A program made the translations under genes and the position numbers. The notes under the pieces were generated by a model. That model was not told where the DNA came from, searched no databases, and saw only the letters and a list, made by a program, of their open reading frames with translations. Of a DNA stretch of 64,000 nt, positions 48,809 to 63,348 are shown piece after piece (the stretch's first letter is position 1; each line of letters opens with the position of its first letter). Location of the stretch: positions 16,276,485 to 16,340,484 of the forward strand of contig NC_134027.1 in the NCBI RefSeq assembly GCF_964204645.1, read 5' to 3'. The stretch comes from Tubulanus polymorphus (Eukaryota > Animalia > Nemertea).

Positions 48809-51800
48809 TATTTAGAATACTCGCTTGCCGTTATTGTTTAACCACGGCAGCGTGCAGCTCAGGGTTCAATGTGCCACTCCTGACCCAAAATTAAATTCCA
48901 TCAACCGCCCATGTTATTCCAAATTCACTGCAAACTGCAAAGAAATGCCCCATTCTATTGAAAACGATCTCCATGAAGCCCTATACATGTAGTATTCACA
49001 CACAACTGCATGATGAGTTATCAGGAATAAACATGGTAGTTGCTTTTCCCCAATCACTCAAATAGACTCTCTCCACATGCAAGGTGCAAGAACAATCTAT
49101 TTTTGTAAATTGAACAATTTCCCCTTTCCCAAATTCACTGTCTTCCTATAAAATTCACTGCTTTTAACGGCTGTGAATCAGTTTTAAAGTCACTGCTATC
49201 CACTGCTTTCACAGCCCGTGACGAAACCTGGCAGTGGAGTGAATCATTTGCAGATAACTTTAACTAGGCCACAGGTGTGGTACGCATTTCATACACCATG
49301 CACCATGCACAAATCAACACATCACATAGCAGCGAGTCTGTGACGCACACGTGTGAAGCATGAATATACGTGACAGCGCATGTATTCTTCTAAAAAGAAA
49401 TATAGTTCCAACAACAAATAAATAACTAAATTAAATATAGCTGCAAAGCAGCAATAACAGGTTTGACTAGTAAGTTGAAATGACGTACTTAGATTTTGTC
49501 GAAATGAATCCCAAATCAGTTATGACGGTTACCGGTATTTATAGGAGCGCCATCTAGAGACCAACACTAATACCAGATTTAGAGATCAATGTGCCTCATG
49601 AAATACAGAGTACTCTGTGAACCAAGTTTAGTCAAAATAAGATAACGAGGAAGTAAGTACAGATATCATGAGCCACAATCTTGCAATTGCCGGATTGATT
49701 GATGGTAACAATCAATCAAAGCGTCTTCAACAAATGCAAATTTTTCCGAACTAAACACAAGTCGGCCATCATTTTTTCTGATCTGACTGAAGATGAGGTT
49801 AAGGTACAAACATACATATTAAACTATTAAGACCATACATAAAAGCGTATCAAAAACTTCACAAGAAGACTAAAATAAAATTCTATTTGATTTGAAATAC
49901 TGATCATAAAACAGATTAATAGGATTATCTGTCACAGATTAATAGGATTGTCTGTCGAACACATTCAACAAATATGTCCAATCGTTAACCAACAGTTGAT
50001 GAACAGGCTCTATCGAGATATATTTCCAATTATATCCATGAAACGACTTAAAACACTTCATTCAAAGTTGAATAAAGATAAGGTCCATAAAATGACAAGT
50101 GGTTTTTCGGTTACAGGGATGAGAACCAGGGATTATGAAAAAGCGGGACTTTTGATGAAAATTTCTGTTAATTACTGAAACTGCAGCTAAACTGCAACAT
50201 AGGCTCGAAGCTCAAAGTGGGGGGTTCCCAGCATGATTTCCAAAACAGCCTTGTTTCAATTCCAGATGGCAGCACGAACTGGTTATTTTTTCACGGTAGT
50301 TTATTAGTTTATATTGGCAATAACAGATGGAAAAACATAACGAAAATCTTTGGGCCGAGTAACGTCAAGCATGCTAAAAATACTAAGTTCTGTGAGCTGG
50401 AATATAATACCAGACACAGCAAACCTTCCACCCCCCAAACAATTTCTCAACGGATCTGGACTATTTGGAAAGCTTGTTAACATTCGTATTCGTGGAAACC
50501 GCAAAAAAGCGTGAAATTCTCATCCCTGGGTTATGACGAGAACCAAATCCGTCCGCGGGATGACTGGCACATGCCGAGTGTTGAGATGTATGACTAAGTT
50601 CTTTCAGTCAAACGAGTGAGTAACAAAGCAAACATGGCCGAATCCGAGGCCATCATACGTTAAGGTTGATTTATGCAGATGATTTATAGCCTCCTCTGAT
50701 CCGATGCTGCAAATCTGAATGTTTTTCAAACAATTTCCGTTCTAATCCATCGAACTATTTTACACATATTTTCAATCATGGATAGGACCTACTACATATT
50801 TGAATTGTTATGACAATATTGATTGAAATAAAATAAACCTAGTTGTAAATTTTGTCAGATTTGAAAACACTCTTTCACGAATTATCATGTGACCCAGCCA
50901 ATATATCGCAAACTTTACTTGTGATAATGACCAATTCCTGTTTCGGAATTCATGCACCTCGAAAAGAATTTACTAACTGTCTACGGTTATGGGAGTATAT
51001 ACTAGCCCCTATATCTATCGCGCATTGCGGCCAAGAAGATTTATACAGATTTTTCAAGATATTGATTTTTAATGAAAAAGGAGCCCCATGGGAATTGACG
51101 CGGCATCTTCACAAATTATAAATGACCTGTCCTTCAATCAATTTCATATTTCAATATGTTAGAAGGGCAAATCTAGGAGCGGATCGACAGATCCATGAAC
51201 ATTGAAAAGGGCAAGTTAAGTATCCATGCAGACAAAACAACGGATTAAAAATAATAAATTTCAGTGCAATTTTATACAATTTCTAGGCACTTTCTAGGTA
51301 GCTGTCTTTTTAGCTGCTGGTGGAAAAAAACGTGCCCAGAAAAATATTGCTGCTGTATTGTTCAAAACTGCGTAGGAAAATACATTGTGACAGGTGCACG
51401 CCCACATGCTTGTTGTTTTCCCGTCTGAATATACCACTGAGGTCTTTATTAGATCAGTTCCACGACTTTTTGCAGAAACTTCGGAAACATTGAAATTATA
51501 ATTTCGGAAGAGTATCCAGATAGTTAAATAATAATAAAAACGCAACTATCACAATCTTCATGATGATAATGAGTTTATCTACATGTTCAAACGTTTCGAT
51601 CGATTTCGACTCATCTCTTCGAGTCCTTTTCAAGAAATGACATGAAATGATACAAACTATGCATAGTATACTGTTACTAATTACAGAGAATATCATGCAG
51701 GCGTGAAGTGGCCTAGTTTACAAAGTACAAATGGATTATAAACATATCAAAATACGTTCAGTAAAAATGAAAAATTTTAAATCCGCCCCTGAATTAAGAA

Positions 51801-52859
51801 TTTTAAGATTTTTGTTTTATATTAGCAATTACAAAACATTCTGGTGCGTTCATAAATCTTTGATTTTGTAGAAAAGAAAGATAAAAGAATAAATTTGTCT
51901 TTTAGGCTTACTTGAAAGGCTGAATCCAAGAACATGTCTATCGCACTTTTGAGCCCAAACGTCTACTTTTACTTAGTAGCCACTTGAGAACAATAAGCAA
52001 TTAACGATATCAGCTACTTTTCCAGTAGTATACATTTCAAAACAGTCACTCTGAAATAGTATTCCTTTCAATTCAGTTGGTTTTCTATAGTAGCTGTTTC
52101 GAAGAGTCTACTATTGAAAAGTGACCATTTTGAAACATCTGGTTTCGATAGTGCACACTAGCAGTAGAGATGACTGTAAAACCACCCGCCTGTTAACAGT
52201 GACTTTGTGATAGTAACTCCTACCATAGCAGCTACTCTCAAAACACATCGTTTCTAAAAGTCAACTATTGAAAAGTGACCATTTTGAGATCGCTTGCCAG
52301 ATTCCCTGTTATAAATACACGGTAGCAACATATGCTTCAAATTTGCAGTGATACGTGACAATATAAACATATGGAAAACTCTACTCACGCTATAGTTTGG
52401 GGTATAGTTCCATTAAGAGTGACTCAGTTAAGATCCGAAGATATTGTAGATACTCTTTGAGGATGTGAAATGGAATGAGCGATTCCCAACACTAACCAAT
52501 AAAAGTCGAGATTGGAATTAAATTTGTTTACAAAATGTCAATAGTTATGTAGTTTTAAGATAAATCGAAATTTCCTTCTTTTCATGAATTCAATTTGAAC
52601 AAATGCAGCTATTTTCAAGCATAGGTCTATATTTATTTTTGATTTAAATTCTTAGATTAAAAGCACAATCATGAATTCAGGCTAACCTCTCATTATTGAT
52701 ATGGTGGTTTATTTTCAACGGAGGCCTGGTTGTCTTTGCATCATAAATTAAGATGTGCATTTCGGTGTGTTCGAATTTCCCTGAATTCCTATTTTGCAAA
52801 ATCATTGATTTTTTTAAAACAAAATATGCTTTATCCATGTGGATTTTAAAAATTCTAGC

Positions 52860-55342
52860 TGCGAGGAAGTTTCGCAAACATTTACCTAACCTGTGTGTAA
52901 GAGACGGGGTATTATGTCGCGCTGTGAAAGTTGACGAGAGGTTGAGGTATCAGGTGGTTTTGGCGACGAGTGAGAGGTCGGTTGTTCTACGCATGTTACA
53001 TGAGGAGACGGCGCATCAAGGGCGTGATCGGACGTATGCGCTAGTCACGGGTCGGTTCTTTTGGCCGGGTGTTCGGGCTGATGTCGAGAAGTATATTCGG
53101 TCCTGTCGTAGATGTGTCTTATTTAAGGCAACCCCGGACTGTGCTCCATTAGAACCAATCGTGACGACCTACCCTCTTGAGCTTCTGTGCACCGATTTTC
53201 TCAAATTGGAACCCTCTGGGGGCATTGAAGACGTTCTCACGTAACTGATCATTTCACAAAGTTCAGTTGGGCTTTCCCGATGATAAATCAGCTCGCCGCG
53301 ACTGTAGGGAGAGTTTTACATGAACAGATAATCACAAAGTTTGGGATTCCCGCCGTAATTCATTCTGATCAGGGTAAGAATTTCGAGAGTAGGGTAATTC
53401 GAGAGCTGTGTAAATTGTCAGGTATTGAAAAGTCTCGAACCACACCCTATCATCCCATGGGGAACGGAACTTGCGAAAGGTTTAATCATACACTGATTAA
53501 CTTGCTCGGGACGATGGATAACGATAGGAAAAAGAAATGGAAAGAGAACGTGAATGCCGTGGTTTTCACCTATAATTGCACCCCTCACAGAGTGACAGGG
53601 TTTGAACCCTACTTCTTGATGTTTGGTCAGCCTCACCTCCCGGTGGAGTTGAGGTATGGGCTCAAGCAAGAGGAACACGTAGTCAAGGAGTTCGCGGAAG
53701 CGGTTGACATGCAGCTGGAGTATGCGTGGCAGGTGGCTGGGAAAAGTCTGGAGTCTGTTGGGGATTACAATAAGGTCAGGTATGACAAGAATTCCCGAGG
53801 AGGTGTATTAGAGATAGGAGATGTGGTGCTGGTGAAGTGTGTGGGTTTCAGGGAACGACACAAGATAGCGGATAAGTGGGAAGCAGATCCCTTTGAGGCT
53901 GGGGAGGCTCCTGTATATGAGATTCGGAATATGGTTACAAAGAAGAAGAAAACTGTGCATCGGAATCTTCTGAAACTGGTTGCCGTAAAACCGGAAGTTG
54001 ATCGTGAGCCACATTCGAATGAGAAATTACAGACAACGACAGCAAGAACAGTGGTCCCGGTGGAGGAACCGAGGGCAAGCCACAGCGAGGAGGATGACGA
54101 TGGGCCCTGGATTCTTGACACAGGGGCTGGAATCCTGTTGGCTCCTCCCGAACCAGAGAAGTCTTCCCCACTCGGTGTTGAAGCGCCAGAGGATAACCCT
54201 CCGCAGCTGGTGAATGCTGCCCTGTCGGAGGTTGACATTCCACAATTGGTAGATGCTTTGCTAGTCGAGCAAGTAGAATTACAGCACGACGACATCCGTG
54301 AACCCGTTGATATCTTGCCTCCCGAGGAATTTCGTGAGCCACTGGAAAACAATTTGAGTGGCGGAAGGGAGGAAGGCCAAGATGACGTTGAGAGACAGCC
54401 TGTGAGAAGATCCACGCGTACCCGTCAAAAACCAAGTTGGTTGCGGGGAGGGGAGTTTATCCAGTCATTGACAGTGCCCTCCTGGCAAAGGAAAGTGGAA
54501 TACATAGGGTCGCTAGTTGATGTTCCGCAGGTTGTGGAATGTCCACGTATCTTAAATGCGATCGTACATTTTTTACTGTGGACGTCGGATTAAGAAAATG
54601 TAACTATCAGCAGCTAAAATGAAGGTATATATTCTTTTGGAGTGTCATTTAAATTCCTATACATTCCGAGACGGAATGTTTTCAAGCAAGGGGAGAGTGT
54701 GGTAGGACGGTTCCGCCCGAATCTGGAGAGTCATTCTCCGTGTGTCTGTTTATCTGCAGTAGGGTTGGTGCTGCCTGGTGGCGCCATCTGGTTGTGTGTT
54801 GCTATGTTCATTCCCCTTCCGGGTCGAATGAGGTAGCACTTACAAATGTAAATATATTCTGCATATTTGTCGAATTTATGCGTTCGTTTTGGTCTTTCTG
54901 TAGGTAAGCTTTGAGTTTTAATTAGGACTGTTAATTATGAGCAATCGAGCTACGTTGTGGGGGTTGTCACTGGGTTTCTATTGGGTTTTGCTGGGGATGT
55001 TTATTCAGGTTAAATACGACAATGGGTTCCCGCGGTTTTTGGCGGGAGTCACCACTTGGGGTCGTTGATCAATGATCTGTGGATTGTCATGTGTTTATGT
55101 GTATACTAGTCTAACTGTTATATAATTTATGCCATCTGGTTGTGTTGCTATGTTCATTCCCCTTCCGGGTCGAATGAGGTAGCACTTATTGTAAATATAT
55201 TCTGCATATTAGTCGAATTTATGCGTTCGTATTGATCTTTCTGCAGGTTGTTTGGAGCGGACCTTTGAGCCGACCTTCAGGCTGGTTAGTCATCGCGGAC
55301 TGTGCGGCGGAATCGGATTTGCCAGATCGAAAATAGTTTACA
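52860..55342 (+). mobile_element. 5'-truncated Gypsy element: integrase, PPT and probable 3' LTR (54698-55342)
   Basis: HEETAHQG...CRRC, TDF, HSDQG, TTPYHPMGNG.CER (frameshift near 53240); PPT agcaaggggagag followed by TG...; ends gtttaCA. Confidence 0.85.
54783..55247 (+). repeat. ~120-bp direct repeat within the probable LTR
   Basis: gccatctggttgtgt...ttccgggtcgaatgaggtagcactta...tctttctg.agg at 54783-54904 and 55131-55247. Confidence 0.85.
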
Positions 55343-56622
55343 CCTCTACGTCTCTGTTCCGCGTAAATTAGAGGAATAGTTCTTCCTCTCTGCAGAATTA
55401 GAGTTATGACATGATGAACTTAAAATTACTTTAGAAGAGCAAGAAAATCTAAGACTGCACCATACCAAAACAATTCAGGCACTTCGCAGTGAAGTTCTTA
55501 GGCTTGAATCAGCTATCAATAAACAAACTAGTTCTAGGAAACGTTATATTCAAAATAAAATTAGGGTAGCTAAGCAATCTAAATTCGGCATAACATCGTG
55601 TCATTGCGAGCAATACCCATGTAACCAATTTTTGCAGTGACATTATTAAAGCCGGGGATACTTCGTGAAATCAGGGTACCGTGAACCAAGTGACCTCGTT
55701 AGTAGAATAAACACAATCGACTCCTCGAGACAACGGATATACGTCGCCTTCGCAGTTGAAAATGCGTTAGATTATAGCAGTTAAATTTTTGGATACAGAA
55801 AAACTATCCAATGAATACTCTAGTGATTTAATATCAGATTAGAGCCCTGCATGGACTGTGAAACAAATGTTTTGCATGATTTACATCTAGAAATCAACAA
55901 AAGTGCGATATCCCAAAATATCTAGTGGACCTTAAATATTATCATCTGGATATAATGGTAATCAATCGACAAATCGACCCGGAGTACCGATCAACTTGTC
56001 AACCAGGAAAAGCCGTCCCAGATCGATAAACTGTTTCAAGCTAAAGTGTTGTGTATTAAAAACGAAATGAAAACTTTGGAATATCTTTTACACTACCTTT
56101 TACACAGTTTGATAATCGTCTATCCGATCAGCCTTTATCTTAGCTTACTATTTATTATATTTAGCTTTTGAGGACAAAAGCTCAAAAGGCAAAGTAGGGA
56201 AGGATGTAACAAAACAATTATTTGCTTATTTTAATTCCTTCAATTTTCTGATGTATTAAACAATGACCAGTTTGGCACCTGTCACCTGCCAGTCTGTCAC
56301 ATGTCTCTCCGTTTGTAACCAATATTATACATAACTTGTAAGATTCAGAAGAATACTTACAGTCAGATACTCAGAAGTCAGATACTCGCATTCTCGCTTA
56401 AGTCAGCCTAGGAGTCTGCATGAAATTCAGTCACAAACCAAGTGCAGAATAAAGTCGTCTTCAACTGAAATATCATAGTCTTCGTCATCTATATTGAGCT
56501 ACTTACCGAAACGACTCGTAAGAGGAAAAATAGCATTGCTAAAAATATACGAAAGGAACCTAGATTTTATAACTGCACTAAATGTGTGTGAATATCAGAG
56601 CCCAAGAAAGTTTCTAACGAAA

Positions 56623-56893
56623 GTTATCGACTCCCCAATCAGTGTGATAGCAATATGGGCTTTCAAGCCTGCAAGCCAATGAAAACCTCCGTGAAAAGAC
56701 TGCTATTTTTGCAAATTTTGAGAATTGCATAAACACGGCTAATTAATCGATGTTATCGACCTCAGGGAAATCCGTGTGATAGCAATATGGGCTTTCAAGC
56801 CTGCAAGCCAATGAAAAACCACGGCGACAAGACTGCTATTTTTGCTAATTTTGAGAATTGCATAAACCTCGGCTAATCAATCGATGTTATCGA
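56623..56893 (+). repeat. Tandem duplication, unit ~130 bp
   Basis: gttatcgac...gtgatagcaatatgggctttcaagcctgcaagccaatgaaaa...aatcgat repeated twice. Confidence 0.85.
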
Positions 56894-57358
56894 CTTCGGG
56901 CAAAACTTTTGTTGGAAGATTTAAAGGACTGCTCGTTAAAGATGATAATGCATGTTTGAAATTGAACTTCTTTCAGCTGTCTTAACAGCAGCTTAGCAAA
57001 ATTTCGCCGATAGCATTTAATTTTGGTGCAAAGCCATTGCAATAAACCCCCGCTTAAAATGGTCCAGTCACTGCAAATATTGTAGGATAAATCTGTATTG
57101 AAAAATCTGTTTAAATCTAATGCGTTTCCCATTCATATCATCGATTGATGTATTTGCGATAGAGTGAAAATGGTTTACCGTAAGCTGGCGCCCCTCTATG
57201 GGTGTTTGTGAAATCAGGTTTGAGGAGTTTTCAGTCTTAGGCAGGATTAGCACGTAGGCTGGATATTCAGTGTTTTTGAAATGAAATTTCCTGTACGTAC
57301 ACAAAAAACTTATTTTATTTAGGTAAGTTGTCTTATGTATGTTGATATCATATAATTA

Positions 57359-58014
57359 CCGTATTTTCCGGTGTACAAGTCGACCCGGTGTATAAGTGGA
57401 GGTCAAATTTTCAGTTTAAAAGGTTGTGCTAGGGCTATAGCCGGTGTATAAGTCGAGTCGCTTCTTCATGTGTTTACATATGTCACATTGAAAACAGTGC
57501 CGATGTCATTCTCATAGTAGTTGAGAGTCTTTACCACTGTTTGCATTATTAAATCATTGGGATCTGTTGTTTCTAATATTAAATTAACGGATTAGTGCTC
57601 ATTGTTTGTATCCACGTGTTGAATGTATAGTGTATACATTGAATGCCGCGCGCCTGTAGTCTAGTATTAGACCGCTGTGTATTGATTATTGGCACGCTGC
57701 CACAGCATCGCGGCTTATATAAACACTGTACAATGAATATACGCGGTTTTCTTTCTTTTTTGATTTTTAACATTAGTTAATTTTGAAACATTTCCAAACT
57801 ATAAGAAACTACTTTTATCAACATCCTAAATTCAAATTGGTATATGAGTGTAGCCTAACATAGATTAATATTCCATTTCATCATGGCGACCTTGAACTCT
57901 AAACATCGTCAGTTTAAAACGATTTCGAAAGTGTAGCCGGTGTATAAGTCCACCTACGTTTTTTGGACATGATTTTTGGTCTAAAAAACTTGACTTATAC
58001 ACCGGAAAATACGG
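57359..58014. mobile_element. Tc2-like MITE of a related family
   Basis: TA|ccgtattttccggtgta.aagtc ... gacttatacaccggaaaatacgg|TA. Confidence 0.88.
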
Positions 58015-59171
58015 TAATGTTTATGCTGTATTTGTAGGCCTTGTCATTGAAATTAGATGTAGTTAATGGAATTGTTGACATTCCTCTATGAAATCAAATT
58101 TCCCACCATTGCTAATTGAGTAGGTTAGAAAGTGGTCGAATCATCGAATTTTGGAGGGAATTTCAGTCTCGTATCAGAATATCGTAATGTAAACATATAT
58201 CTAATGTTTGAATGTTTGAAAAAATGTTTGAAAATAATGTTTGAAAAAAAATTGAGTTAAAAGCTGATTAATAAGTGTGATATATAATATGTAAGTTACT
58301 TAATTGTTATGAGGACAATTTTGTGAAGATGTTGTGAGATACCATTGTTTTAGTATCGAGATAAAATGTATATTAGTTACATAGATGCTGGAGGTGGTCA
58401 GTCTTTAGAATTCTGCCATGTAAGCAGAATATTCTGTGTTTATGAAATAAAGTTTTATTATTATGAAATAAAGTACGTATACAAAAAACTTTATCTTATT
58501 TAGATTAACTTAAGTGATCAGTTTCTCGAGAGAAGAAACAGCTGGTCATCCGCCACGGCAGTTGGTAGTTGTCTGATGGTAGCAGTCTCCCTGTCAAATT
58601 GGTTCTTAAATTTCAGTTGCGGAGTGGGAAGCACAACGAATTATAATCCTCCAAGGATCAGAAAGATCCCACCCTGTGACATATCAATATATATTTATGA
58701 ACTCAAAACATAACTCCGAACCTAAACCGAAACCTGTAGATGCAGATGGAATTGATCTATTCATCTCCTTACCGTATATTCGTAATAGTTAGAGAGCCCA
58801 GGGGGTTTCAATTCAACTTTTCCGTTCAAAAGGTTTGATGGCAATTTTCTATATTTCCAAATAGATTATCGGGTAAAAGTGCTTTCTTGCATTTTTTCGT
58901 TGGGGCATTAAGGGCGTATGGCCCCTCAAAAACGCCCCAGAATCACCGTCAATTCCACTTTAGTGTACAACGCTGAAATTTTAGTATATAATAGATGATG
59001 ATGTGGTAGTCAAATATACACTTAGTAAGAAAGAAAATAAATTGCCCATGGGCAAAGTGTGGTTTACCTTGAAAGCTAGGGGTTGTTTGGAATGAGGGCA
59101 TTGCTTGAAAAATATTTTTAATTCCTGACTTCAAAGTTCCAAAAGTTTATATTGTATTTTATCTTTCTTAA

Positions 59172-61842
59172 CCCTTTGAGACCCACTCTCGCAATTTTGC
59201 GAGCACCGGGAGCAGTTCCGTCGGTCCCACCCTCGCAAAATTGTGAGCACCAGGCATGCCTACTTTACCCCGACGTTTCAGCGTAACCTGCGCCGGATTT
59301 TAGCTGCCACCGCCTGTGTATGCAAGTAAAGGTTCAATGCGTCCCATTGAAACTATTGGAACGGTATGTTGCTACTCAAGAATTTTGCGAAAATTGAAGT
59401 TGAAGCGAATTGCAGTTTTTGGAATTTTATCGCTAAATTTGAAATAAATATGACATTTCCGGCACGGTTTTTGGTGAAAGGAACGTTCATAAAATGTCAC
59501 GCAGGTTTAGTGATCATGGAATAAGAGAGATATTTGCTGACAGTGACTCTTATGACAGTGACTCAAACGCTGAAAGTGGTTCAGAAAGCGATTTTGAACC
59601 CGGAAATGAAACCGAAAGTGAACCCGGAAGTGATTTAGATGCGGAAGTAAGTGACAATAATGGTGAAAATAGTCCTGTAAGTGACGATAATACTCCTGAT
59701 AGTGATGATAATAAGTCTGCTGATAGTGACAGTACTGATAATGACAATCCCCAACCCCCAGCAGCACCTGTCGTCCGTGGTCGGGGACGTGGACGTGGTC
59801 GAGCTACTGCTGCTGTTAGAGGCAGGCGGGGTCGTGGAACTGGGAGAGGTCATGCCCCAGTGCGTGGTCGTGGTGGACGTGCACAAGGTGCCAACATTGA
59901 TCAGGATCCTGATTGGGCTGAAGATAGAAACCGTCCCCCTCCTAACTGGTTGCCGCAGTACAACTGTCCGAATCCAGGTGAGCCCAAGTTCCATACAACG
60001 GACTACACGCCAATTGACTTTTTCACAAAAGCTTTTCTGGACACTATTATAGACATGCTAGTGACTGAAACAAATCGTTATTTTCAACAATATCAAAACA
60101 GTGGAAATACTTCTGATAGTGTTCTAGAAACCTGGTATAATGTCACTAGTGACGAAATGAAAGCATTCCTGGCATTGTTGTTACTGACAGGATATGAAGA
60201 TCGGGGATCTTTTCGTGCACATTGGTCTACTGATCCTTTGACTGGGTAACCGAGCCAGGATTCCGAGCCGTAATGAGCCACAATCGGTTTTTGATGCTAT
60301 TACGATTCTTGCACCCTGTGAATAACGAAACACAAATTCAAAGAGGGCAGCCTGGTTATGACAGGACATTCAAGGTCAAGTCTTTGATTGAACAGCTAGT
60401 TCGCGCATGGAATGACGCCTTCCATATGGAAAAGTTTCTGTCCGTGGATGAAGGCATGATAGCCTTCAAGGGTCGAACTTCTATGTGCAATACATCAAGA
60501 GTAAGCCTGTCAAGTGGGGCATGAAAGCATGGATACTGGCTGGGTCGAAAACTGGTTACGCCCACAATTGGACGCTGTACAAAGAAGCGGACGGTGGTAA
60601 AGTTGACCTTGGGTATCAAGTTGTTATTGGACGCATCGCAAAATGTTCGGGCTGGCCAGGTCATAACATGTGACAATTTCTTCACTAGTGTGAAACTATT
60701 TGTGGACCTAAAAGATCGAAACATTGGTGCCTGTGACACAGTTAGGGCGAATCGTGCAGGAAATCCACTAAAACTGAAGCAATTCACGGCCCGCACCAAC
60801 AAACGACAATTGCAGGACATGTCGCCTTTGATGTTATGGCATAACGCGTCAGACATGTTAGCAATTGGTTGGTATGACAAACGCCCAGTTTGTGTATTGT
60901 CTACTGTTAGCAATGCAGGTGTTACTGTGAAGCGTATTCGTTCACGTGAAGGAGAGGATGGTTACAGACAAATCGAAAAACCAAATGCAATTGAGGACTA
61001 CAACACGTATATGGGTGGAGTTGATTTGTATGATCAATACAACTACTATTTCAGCATACTACATCCTTCAGTGACATGGTGGAAAAAGTTTGTTGCCACC
61101 TGCTCATCACAGCAGTAACAAATGCATACATAATGCACAAGGTGTCCAATGCTGCTGATGCATTGACCAGTAGACAGTTTCGTTTGAAGTTATGCCATGA
61201 ACTTATTGCTGACTACCAACGTGAACCTCATCAACCTGGTCGTCAGATTCGGCATAACGATGCACCACAGCGTTTGAATGGAGGAGCACATTTTATGGAA
61301 AAAACTAATGGCAGGCCTGATTGTGTTGTGTGCACACTTAGAGAGACCAAAAAATATGTTCGCCGGCATCAGACACAAAGGCAGTGCAAGCGATGTGTAC
61401 CTCCTGTACCTTTGTGTGACGTTCCATGCTTTGAGATTTATCATCGTTTTTTGGATTATAAGCTGTATTGGAGGCAGAATCACATGAATAATCAGTAAGG
61501 TGAGACAAATCATGTTTATTTCAGTCTCTAATATACTTTTATGCTTTATTTCTTGAACAGCTAATGATTTTGAGACAAAAAAGACAATTTTCGTCCGAAT
61601 TTGTACGTTTTTCATTAATTTTCCATAATTTACCCCCCAAAATTTTTTCAAAATATGACAAATTTGGTATCATTACAAAGCTTATAAAGAACTGTGCAAA
61701 AGTTTCTTATACACCAAACCTGTATCTGTAATAGGCTGGGAGCTACAAGCATTTGAATATAGGACGTTTTCGCCTTGCAATTACCTTAAATTAATCTGGG
61801 ACTGGGAGAGCATGTGTAATAATTAATCCGGGTCTCAAAGGG
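59172..61842 (+). mobile_element. Full-length piggyBac transposon (2671 bp)
   Basis: TTAA|ccctttgagaccc ... gggtctcaaaggg|TTAA; subterminal repeats cccac.ctcgcaa..ttg.gagcacc; empty-site paralog at 22575. Confidence 0.95.
59494..61498 (+). pseudogene. piggyBac transposase, frameshifted
   Basis: ETNRY, SVDEGM..FKGR, KP.KWG, DNFF, W.DKR, YN..MGGVD..D; C-terminal CVVC...CKRC...LC..PCF..YH. Several frame breaks. Confidence 0.92.
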
Positions 61843-62351
61843 TTAAAGAATTATTTTGTAGTCAAATAAGACCAAAGATATACATTTGGTTACGGTCCAA
61901 GTCCAAAATTTCGTAGGGTACAGGTACGCGTGGCAGGGAAACTATTTTATATTTTCAAAAAAAATATGTTTCACAATATGAAAAAAATATTCAAATAAGC
62001 CCATCCCAAAATAATTGTCTGTTTTCAAAATGAGTCGGTAGGCAGGTAGAAATTTTTTTTGCAAAGTTTTTGGGCAAAAAAAAAACAAATTTATCACCTT
62101 TTTTACATGGAAACAATATCGCAAAAATCATCTACGTTGTGCACAGGAAATTTGTCTAATAGCGTAGATTTCAAGAATTAATCTAAAATTACAACTTCGT
62201 CCAGAGCGTCATCTCTGTGTTAAAAATGAAACAGTACATTGAATATGTGCGCACTTTTACATTACCAGCTTTAATATAGTCACTATGAGAATGAATGGCA
62301 GCTTATTGAAAACAGCCAGTTTCCTGGAAAACTTAAATTAGGCCACATGCC

Positions 62352-63348
62352 AAGGCATGTTTTCACACGATGCACACTTGAATTCAAACAAAAGTAGCTC
62401 ATACGTCGGCAGTGGGTCGGTCGGCCATTTTAATCAGAAATAAAATTTATTTCAATGAATCAGAAAAAAGTTTTCACTCAGTATATTTGAAGTCGGGTTG
62501 GTCGGGTTACCGCAAACAGACCATTAATATGAGATGGACTAAAATTCATATGATGTCAAATATCAGAGGGTGGTTGTATATTGGGTCTTGGAAACCTCTT
62601 CCAATAATGGCCGCAGAAGTAAAAATACCGGTACAGAAGAAATCGGATATTAGATCGTTTTAAATCCTGGAATTTACGACTACAATATTCAGACCTCGAC
62701 CTATACTTGTATTTTACTGCTTAATATTTTCAGGTCACAAGAAATTACAATTTATTACAAATTCTATCAAACAGAAAACACAGCGCTCATCTTCTGCTAC
62801 GATTATTCAGCCTATTTTCATGTCAAACGTGTAAGCGTTACAGCATCACCTTTAGTAGTGTACTGTACGAGCTTGTGTGTGTGTCGTGTAGCACTCTGCA
62901 CGCACGTGGAGGCCTTGTGTAAGTGACTGTTCGCTTACACAATGTCAATCAAAACAATCACCGGGTATTAAAATGAAACAATACCTATGGCGGATGTGTG
63001 AAATAATTACATCCTCACCAGCAATGAGCATTTGAAATTCGCACGTATACGGCACCTAGTCCAATGAAACCTATGCCATGGCTTTCCCATAATTATTTTA
63101 GTAGCGCCGGAATTCGCTGTATATCCCAAAAACAGCCAATCCCATTCGCTCGTAAGGACAACGCCCCCTAATCGAGGTCATTGCAATTTTATATGCGAGA
63201 GCTAAGAATTTTCCCGCCAAAAACAGTTTTTCGTAGAATTTTAGCTCAGTTGACCATGTCATCGACGGAGGTTCGCCATGTCTTCAATCGCATCGATTAT
63301 ACGTCGTTTAAGCCGAGAACCAATGAAACAAATGCTCACATAAAAAAA
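62352..63348 (+). repeat. Second copy of the ~1-kb repeat at 28855-29815
   Basis: Colinear, high identity. Confidence 0.85.

Noticed and set aside
55390-55620. Coiled-coil-like reading frame as another ERC exon
   Set aside because: Wrong strand, stop codons nearby, and no recognisable ERC similarity.
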